This document shows, piece after piece, positions 55,456-64,000 of a DNA stretch of 64,000 nt (within the stretch, counting starts at the first letter, position 1; the number at the start of each line of letters is the position of its first letter). Below the pieces are notes generated by a model that had not been told where the DNA came from, did not search any database, and saw only the letters and a program-made list of their open reading frames with translations. Source of the stretch: the human T2T-CHM13v2.0 reference genome, Homo sapiens; NCBI RefSeq assembly GCF_009914755.1, contig NC_060934.1; one strand, written 5' to 3'. The position numbers were made by a program, and so were the translations under genes.

Positions 55456-56939
55456 AGGCTGGACTGCGTGTCTCAAACAGGAGGGCACATTGAATGGGGA
55501 CGAGGAACCCAATCCGACACAGAGTGAAAAGGATCTTAAACGCTGCATGTTGAGATAAAGTCTGCAGCTGAGAAAATGATGCTACATGATCATTTATATT
55601 CTCCTAACAATTTTTATTCCTACGGCTTGCCGCTGCATAGCAGTGACATAGGGAAATGCAACGAACCAGCAGAAGTGCCTCATTGGTGTTCTCCATGCTT
55701 GAATTACCTTCTCAGATTATAAGTTCAAGACATAGAATTCTCCCCTGTTTCCTTGAAGACCTGGTGATTTAATATCCATTCAATCTTCCAGTCTTTGTAA
55801 TCTAACTTCCATCATGCATCTCCAGGTCAATTAAACACAGTAAAGAAGTGGGAATTAGGAGTCCTCTCTTCTAGCTAAAGTGAAGCCTCCAGCAAAGTCT
55901 TGGGCACAGCCCTCAACTCTCCACAGACTCAGGATCCTTGTCAGGTGAAGACGAAAATAAACCACCTCTACGTTCTCTTTCTCCACGCAAAGCTCCAGAT
56001 TCAGCACTGTGGGATTTGAGTAGCCCATTCTGTTCTCCTGCCTACCTGCCTGCCTGCCTGCCTGGTTATAAAACAAGAAAGACGTTTCTAGTTATAGAAC
56101 CTTTATTCCAATGTGAGCCATTCATGTTCCATCGAGAAATGTGGAATTTGACATTGAAAATTAACAAGTATAGGTTCCTTTGGCAGCAGAACCTGGTCAA
56201 TGGTGACGCTCTGAAGTGTGGATTTATGAGGTGGTCCAGCGCCCCTATGTCTTAGGGACTGGCCTTTTAAATTTCACAAATCCTATCAGAAACACTTCCC
56301 ACACTCTTCATATTTTTTGGTTTATGTTAATTGTGTTTAGGGTCTATTAAATGCAATGACAAAAGCAGCAAATTGTATTTCTACAACTTCATTTTTCCCT
56401 GATATATTTTTGTATCCTTAAATACAAATGATTCGCTGAACCTGACATCTGTAAATACACTGAATAAAGGGAGATATAAGTATACAGGACAAGTACCATA
56501 GCCTTCACTACAGCAATCTCATTAGACTCCACCCCAATTTTCCAGAGAATTCTTGTAAATGTGGGAGAGTGTTTTATTTTCCACTAAATGTGGGATTAAG
56601 ATTTAAGCAATTTTATAAAAACCTTCAAGGACAGACTGTCTTGTCATATAAAGGATTTGAGGGCGATCTAGTGAAGGGATATCTTGATAACGTAATAAAC
56701 TAGACAATCTCCTGAATACACCTGAATTTTAAAAATACGCTCCCTTGAGTGATAGTGCTTCTAACCCCAGTAACTTGTGGTAATCATTTTCTTCCACTCC
56801 TCATGACTTTGGCTATATTTTTTTTCCTAGGAGAGATCGGCCTAGTCATCCTTGTTGCCTTTGTTTATTTTTAAGTATAAATGTCCCTCTAGAAATGAAA
56901 ATACATCCTTCAGATATATTGTTTAAAAAGGACTGTTCA

Positions 56940-57251
<312 letters not shown>

Positions 57252-57699
57252 GATGGACTGTTCAGGAAAATATCTGGTATTATTGGTATGTTGGTTTAAT
57301 TTTAAATAGTCAGCAAGAGAACATATGTTTATCTAAAAACCTAGATAAACATCATCTGATGTGTTAGAAACTTCTTTAGAAAATTTAAAATTCTAATCTC
57401 CATACAATGGAGGGAAGCCCAGGAAAAACACAGAACACATAAACAATGATAGCTGAATCCAAACTAAGATTATCCTTAATCCAAAATGACTAGTGCAATG
57501 GAATATATGCTATTACCCCTTTGGGTCCTATGGAGAATGTACATCCCTTTCCAAATCTAACTGTAGCTCTTTCATGTGAGAAAAAGTTAGTTTGAAACAG
57601 TTTCATCAAACAATGGTTGAATATGAGAAGTAAGCACTTACTACATATGAAACACATGACTAGTCCTTACAGATAATTTAAAAAAGACTGAACATGACA

Positions 57700-58090
57700 G
57701 TTTTTTTGCTCCTAGGGTACACAAGCCATTGGTAAATAGTATGGGAGGCATGAGAGGAACTCGGTGATCCCACAAAGGTAATTTGGGAATTCAAGAGAAA
57801 TTGTAGCATTTTAAGTCTGGTATTTTAAAGACGAAAAGGGAATTTAAAATGTAAAATTAACATGAAGATAAAGTTATTCCAAGTGAAGATAAAGTTATTC
57901 CAAGTGAATGGGATAAGCATCATGGAATGTATAAAGACAGTTTCAGGGTGTAATAGACTCCGGAGCAGGGTGATTTGTGTGTACTTTAGAATATGTTCAT
58001 GTGTGGCAGAAGCATACCTCAGGAGATAGTTTGGGAAGGAATCATTGAGGGCCTTGCAGGTCAGACTAAGGAAGCTGCCTTTTATTTTGT
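57700..58090 (-). mobile_element. L2 fragment
   Basis: aatcattgagggccttgcaggtcagactaaggaagctgcctttttattttg. Confidence 0.55.
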
Positions 58091-59346
58091 ATATATAGCG
58101 ATACTTTGAAACACATTTTCTTGTGTGGGACATTCAGGGGCCCTTGAGCAATTCAGACTTACTATGCTAAAGTATCTCCAATGATTAAGGAACAGAAATA
58201 AACTCATGATGATATGCTATGAATATTGCAAAACATTTCTATATACTTTATAGATCAGTAGTGAAGTTTATTCCAAACAGATCCTCCTCGTCATTCTCTT
58301 ACTTTAGAGTAAGTGCTTTTGGGAAACATTCCCAGGCAACAAACAAAGAAAATGTCATTATTTTAAATATTTTGAATCTAATTCAGTGACTAAGGCCATT
58401 AATAATTTTTTTTTTATCTTGGGGAAAATTTTTTCTAAAACAGGAATTTTGTCCACAAACCCAGAAGAATCGCTGAGTGAGAGTCTTTGCCTAAGGGCAC
58501 AACAGTGGAAATCCTTTGAGTAGTAAATGTGACTGTGTTTTCGATGGACTGCGTTACACTGGCAAATGGCTTCGCACTTCTCTCTCTAGCCACTTAATCA
58601 CCAGAATAGTGCTGATAAAAGTCATCGCCCATCTTCCCTCCAGGATATTGTGGAGATAAACTCATATCCATAAGAAGTATGCAGCTAATAGAATTCGCCT
58701 ATGCTAATAACCATAACAGCAGCAAGACAGCATTCTCTTGCTGTGGATTAACATCCGCATATATTGGCACGGATTAACATCCAGATATATTGGCATGGAA
58801 CTCAACTTGAGGCCCGAGATTGCAGAAATCTATGAGGAGGTGAAGCCCTCGGTAGAACACTCTTGGAGAGGTCCCTTTCTTTAGCTTTGCCATTGAGATG
58901 AGAAACATATGTCTATATTGGGAATGGTGAAGAGAGAGTTTATTTTCTCTTTACAGCTTTAAATTTAATAATACATGATGGTGACATTCTACTTTCATCC
59001 ACATAGAACGGTTTTAAGAATCTAATACACTTGTCACTTTCTCTGTTTTTCTAATTATTTCTTTTTACCTGTTGACAGAAAATTGAACGGAGCGCAAATA
59101 GGACTTACCCCTCCAGTACGTAAATAGGCAACTACCCACATAACATGGTTTGCAGAGGGCTCAGAATTTCCCTCATGCTGTTCCTCTGGGTAGGAAATAT
59201 TTAGGATTCAGCCCTTAGAGATGGAGGCATTGGTATCTGTGAGAGGCTAAGACACTGGTAGGACATATTTTATCTGATTAAACTTTACGGTCAAGTAGGA
59301 CAAATACGGCTGGAGGAGGTTGAGGTGTGCCACACTGCTCTGTGTA

Positions 59347-59649
59347 CTGCCATGTACCATGTAACAACGTCCTGTTCAATGACTGAATGTATATATAATG
59401 GTGGTCCTATAAGATTGGAATACCATATTTTCACCATACCCTTTTCTGTGTTTAGACACAAATGTGTACTGTTATGTTATAATTGCCTATGGTATTTGGT
59501 CACATGCTGTACAAAATGCCACCTAGGTGTGTAGTAGGCTGTACTGTCTACGTTTGTGTAAGTTCACTCTCTGATGTTTGCACAAGAGGGAAATTGCCTA
59601 ATGACACATTTCTCAGAATGTTTTCCCATCATTAAGTGATGCCTGACTG
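59347..59649 (+). mobile_element. Tigger3a (MER7A) DNA transposon
   Basis: ggtggtcctataagatt...cctaggtgtgtagtaggct...gcctaatgacacatttctcagaatg...ttaagtgatgcctgactg. Confidence 0.92.
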
Positions 59650-59659
59650 TCCTTGTGTT

Positions 59660-60057
59660 TGTATTAGCCGGGAACATCTACCTACTATGGCAAATGACCC
59701 CCAAAGCACAGAAGCTTCACCCAATAGAAGCTCACATCCTGCTCACATAGCACTTCAAGCACCTGCTCCCAGAAAGCCTTCTGCATAATGTTTCAGGGAC
59801 CCAGGACCCTTCTACTATGTAGCTTTATTTTCCTTTTTGACCTCTTCTGTGGGCTCTGAGGTCATCCTTCAGCTTCCCAATAGGGAAAGAGAGATAATGT
59901 GGTGAAAAGGCTTTAGTGGCCAGACCATGAAGGGATGGCATATTCCACTGGCAAGAGCTTGCCTACATGAGCACCTCTAACTGTAAGGGAGACTGGAAAA
60001 TGTATCTTGCTGTGTGTCCAAAAAAAAAAAAAGGAGATCACATCAGTATCTGCCACA
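59660..60057 (-). mobile_element. MLT1J-like solo LTR
   Basis: tgtattagcc...tcagggacccagg...ctaactgtaagggagactggaaaatgta...tctgccaca. Confidence 0.8.
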
Positions 60058-60089
60058 GGGCCCTGAGTATGCAGCGAGTGTTTTCAAGG

Positions 60090-60425
60090 CATAGGTTTTA
60101 GCATCAAACGAGCCACATATTTATTCTGGCAACGCTCCTAGCCATGTGACCCTAGGTGAGTTGTTTAATTAGTTAAATGTGCACTTGCAGGCTCTTGAGC
60201 AAGTTTTCCTCTCTTCTCCTCTCCTCTTGTTTGTCCCATCTCTCTTTCTCTCCCCAGTCCCACTGTCCCATTTGTTTCCTACTTTCATTAAAATAAATAT
60301 GTCTAAGCCTTTTTTTCTTCTTGGGACTTACCTTGCACAGTAGCAGTGAGAAAATTAACATGTAAAGCACAAAAAGTTACCTCTGTACCTGGGACCAAGT
60401 GTGAGCTCAAAGATTTATTAGTTTC
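60090..60425 (+). mobile_element. MIR (split)
   Basis: ctagccatgtgaccctaggtgagttgtttaa ... catgtaaagcac...gtacctgggac...gagctcaa. Confidence 0.65.
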
Positions 60426-61328
60426 CATCATTTTAATATACCCTGAAAAGAGTTAGGGCAGTGGTGCCTGAAGTGGATTTCAGACACGTGAGTTTCCTTC
60501 TTCGTCATTTGGCCAGCATGAATTAAAACATTATTCAGTCTTTGAACCATTAAATAACAAGGGTATTTCCTATCTCCCCTGACCCTATACTTAACGTTCC
60601 TGGAGACAAAATATGAAGAAAATTTGGGGCTATGAAATTCAACTGTAGTTACAGCATACCTCAGAGATGTAGTTTCCTTCCCATATGATTTGAAGAAAAT
60701 GTATCAGTACAAAGAAACAAGATATTTTTTAAAAATAATACATTGCATAAGATCTTAGTGTCTTTGGGAGTTGAGCCCTTGGTACTCTTCAGCCTGCCTA
60801 TCCTGACTAAGTGAGTCTGCTTAATTGAGCTACAAATCTATGAGGATGAGTTCTTAAGGGGTTTTGCAAGCCTCCTGCTTATAGATCAATCAAAATGATT
60901 ACAAAATAGTTCCTCTCGGTGTGCTTGGCTTCAGATTTCTATGCAATGAGAAATAAAAGGAGGGAAAATGTGCGCTTTCTAAAATACGAAGAAGAGTTCG
61001 TTGAGCCTCAGGATTAGTTCAGCCAGGTGTTGCTGTTGGCTCCTGTTTAAAGAAAGTGTTCTCACTTCAAATCTGAACGATGAACATCCCCTGGAAATGG
61101 GCCTTCGATTGAGATATTTTTCTGCAAATTGCGCTACTTGCTCTACTGCTATAATGTTCAAAGTGATATGGACAAACAGTAATTAATGAAGCAGTTCTTT
61201 CTGAAAAGCAGGTAAATCGTAGGACCCTGAAGTTAATGTAATTTTTCAGAACACTTGTATCAGTATTCTGGGATCTACCCCAGTTAAAATTCATGGAACG
61301 AAGCTTTATGCAATTCAAAATGCTTAAT

Positions 61329-61467
61329 AAAAAAAAGAAAGAGAAAAAGAGAGAAAGAAAAAAAGAAAGGAAGAAAAAGAAAGAAAAAGAAAGAAAGAAA
61401 GAAAGAAAAAAAGAAAGAAAGAAAGAAAGAAAAGAGAGAGAAAGAAAAGAGAGAGAAAGAAGGAAAA
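61329..61467. repeat. (GAAA)n polypurine tract
   Basis: 139 bp containing only A and G. Confidence 0.97.
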
Positions 61468-62780
61468 TGATGTGGTTAAAAAACAGGTATTTGAAGCCAG
61501 CTGAGACTGAAGCTTAGCTGTTGTTTGGCATTTTAAACAATAAGAATAATGCAAATTCTGCTTTCTGGAAATACTTCACGGAAAAGAATTGGTGGTTTAA
61601 TAAAATATTTTCCAGCTGCAACCTTTTTCACTTCTGGCCATTATTTACAGATACCAGAAATGGAAGTCATGTATTTAAAATGATAATTTGTGAAGCTAAA
61701 ACATAAAATGAATACAATTGATCACATGGTTAGGTTAATTTATACACCTAAACAAATGACTTTTTAAAATTCTCTCCAGCTTTAATATTCTGAGTTTTAG
61801 ACTTTCTTATATTTTACCTTGCAACATAAAGGTAAAAGAGATTGGATGCGTTTTGTAAAATATCACCGTTGGTATATTTGAATATTTTATTTCTCAGTGT
61901 TAGAATATTTGATTTGAGAATTAAACTTCAGTATCAAAATAGGCAACATTAAGTAATGGGGCTATGAAAATGGGATCTGCTCTCTTCCCAAACACGTGTT
62001 ACCAATGAGAAAATCAAAAGATTTTTTAAAGCAGCTTACCAGATAATGATTGTTTTGCAGCTTATTTTTTAAATTGTATTTTAAGCCAGGTTTGGAAACC
62101 GATGCCTAGCTCAAAGGTAATACCCATGAGACCTAATATGCTCCATTGAAAAAAAAGCTTATGGCATGATCAAATTGAATTTCATGAAGTTCATCTACTA
62201 GCTTGTTGGCCTTTACTTCCAAATCTGTTTTATCATATGCACTATAAATTGAAAAGCAACAGGAAAAGTTATGCTGAACAGCTGTCCTGCTATTACAAAA
62301 AAATTCTGGGAATGAAGTTAACTATGCCGTGTGATTCCATTTCTGTGCTGCTGAGAAAGGAGCTACATGACAAGGCAATTTCCTTTTACAGTATTTATGA
62401 GGACAGATACACTTATGGTGTGAATCACGTCCTCTACACGTGTGTGCAGACAGTAGGGCAATAGAGTCTAAACACCAACTTAGAGGGGTTACCAAAAGAC
62501 CAGTGCTCTAAAAAACAAACATTTAAAAAAACCTCTTTTTTCACCAATATACATAATTCCTTCCAGCGCCCCTATCATTTATGCTTTTGGCTTGCATCAT
62601 TTTAGGCCCTAAAAGATCTTCAGTTGGAAAAACATAATAGCTTGTCTTTGTGGGGTAAATTGCATATGGAGGAGCTGTTTCACACATATTATCTCACATG
62701 ATCCCCACACTGTGGTTTTATAAAAGAAAAAAAGTGAATTTCTTGGAGATGACAAGACTGTCAAAAGCACAGGACTCATG

Positions 62781-63050
62781 AATTGAATCATGGGGCCAAA
62801 GTTTTCCCGTGCTGTTCTCCTGATAGTGAATAAGTCTCACGAGATTTGATGGTTTTATAAAGGGCAGTTCCCCTGTACACACTCTCTTGCCTGCAGTCAT
62901 GTAAGACAAGCGTTTGTTCCTTCTTCCCCTTCCACCATGATTGTGAGGCCTCCCCAGCCATTTGGAACTGGAGTCCATTAAACCTTTTTCTTTATAAATT
63001 ACCCAGTCTTGTGTATGTCTTTATCAGCAGTGTGAGAACAGACTAGTACA
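62781..63050 (+). mobile_element. THE1 (B/C-like) LTR lacking its 5' end
   Basis: aattgaatcatgggg...gtgaataagtctcacgagat...ccaccatgattgtgaggcctccccagcca...aacagactagtaca. Confidence 0.93.
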
Positions 63051-63239
63051 CTTATTTATGTATTTTATTCGTTTTGGAATTAGAGTAAGGAAAATTGTCG
63101 TATAATTTAGTTCTCCTTTTCACCCAGGTGTTAAAAATAGCACCAAATAAACATTGACTTCTTTGTTTTGCCAGATATATAAGAAATTTCCCCTTCCATC
63201 TCATGCCCCTCTGTACCTCATGAGTTCCTATCTGTGCTA

Positions 63240-63735
63240 AATTAATCAGTGTTCTCTAGAAGCAGGTCCAGGAATTGACTCACATTATTTTGGAGGCTGG
63301 GGAGTCCCAAGAGCTGCAGTCAGTAAGTTGGAGGCCTAGGGGAGCTGATGGTGTCAGCTCCAGTCCAAGTCCAAAGGCCTGAGAACATGGAAAACTGATG
63401 ATGGAGTTCCCCACCCAAAGCCCAACAAGCTCAAGACCCAGGAAGAGCCAGTGTTTCCATTTGAGCTTGAAGGAAGGAAAAATACCAATGTCCCAGCTCA
63501 AAGACAGACAGAAGTAATTCTCCTTACTCACAAGAGAGCCAGCCATTTTGTTCTATTCAGGCCTTCAATGAATAGGATGAGGCCCACTCATTTTAGGGAG
63601 AACAATCCACTATACTGAAAGTTCACTAATTTAAATGTTAATCTTATCCCAAAACACACTCACAGAAATACTGTTTGAACAAGTATCTGGACACCTCATG
63701 GTCCAGTCAAATTGACATACAAAATTAAACATAAT
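63240..63735 (-). mobile_element. MLT2 (ERVL) solo LTR
   Basis: ttgttctattcaggccttcaatgaataggatgaggcccac...aaatgttaatcttatcccaaaacacactcacaga...ccagtcaaattgacatacaaaattaa. Confidence 0.9.
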
Positions 63736-63752
63736 GGCATACTTTTTCTTAA

Positions 63753-64000
<248 letters not shown>

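Noticed and set aside
61293-61554. Lys/Glu/Arg-rich and Phe/Leu/Ser-rich ORFs
   Set aside because: Translations of the (GAAA)n tract

Overview
Primate genomic DNA (human-like; contains AluY, AluS, AluJ/FLAM, THE1/MST). It is AT-rich and CpG-depleted, has no CpG island, and looks like a gene desert or a large intron. I find no supportable protein-coding exon, RNA gene or processed pseudogene: the listed ORFs are short and map to Alu, L1, L2, LTR or microsatellite sequence, or resemble no protein I recognise. By eye, roughly half the window is interspersed repeat: old L1 fragments (L1MA/MB/MC/MD/ME, L1PB, L1PA), about 10 Alu/FLAM copies, MaLR/ERVL/ERV1 solo LTRs, Tigger2a/3a, MER5, L2 and MIR. 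The most interesting signal not explained by repeats is a set of local copy-paste scars: a 64-bp inverted templated copy about 1 kb from its donor with a fold-back junction (28720/29795), an 80-bp direct copy at an internal deletion breakpoint of an L1MC (39440/42821), a tail-less Alu fragment at an L1 deletion junction (22922), and five 15-43 bp tandem duplications. Unique stretches carry candidate enhancer motifs (near-perfect RFX X-box, full CRE, AREs, POU cluster) and a few candidate non-coding exons. I see no evidence for a new multi-gene biological system. Repeat subfamilies were called from recalled consensus sequences, not by a search, and old-repeat boundaries are approximate.
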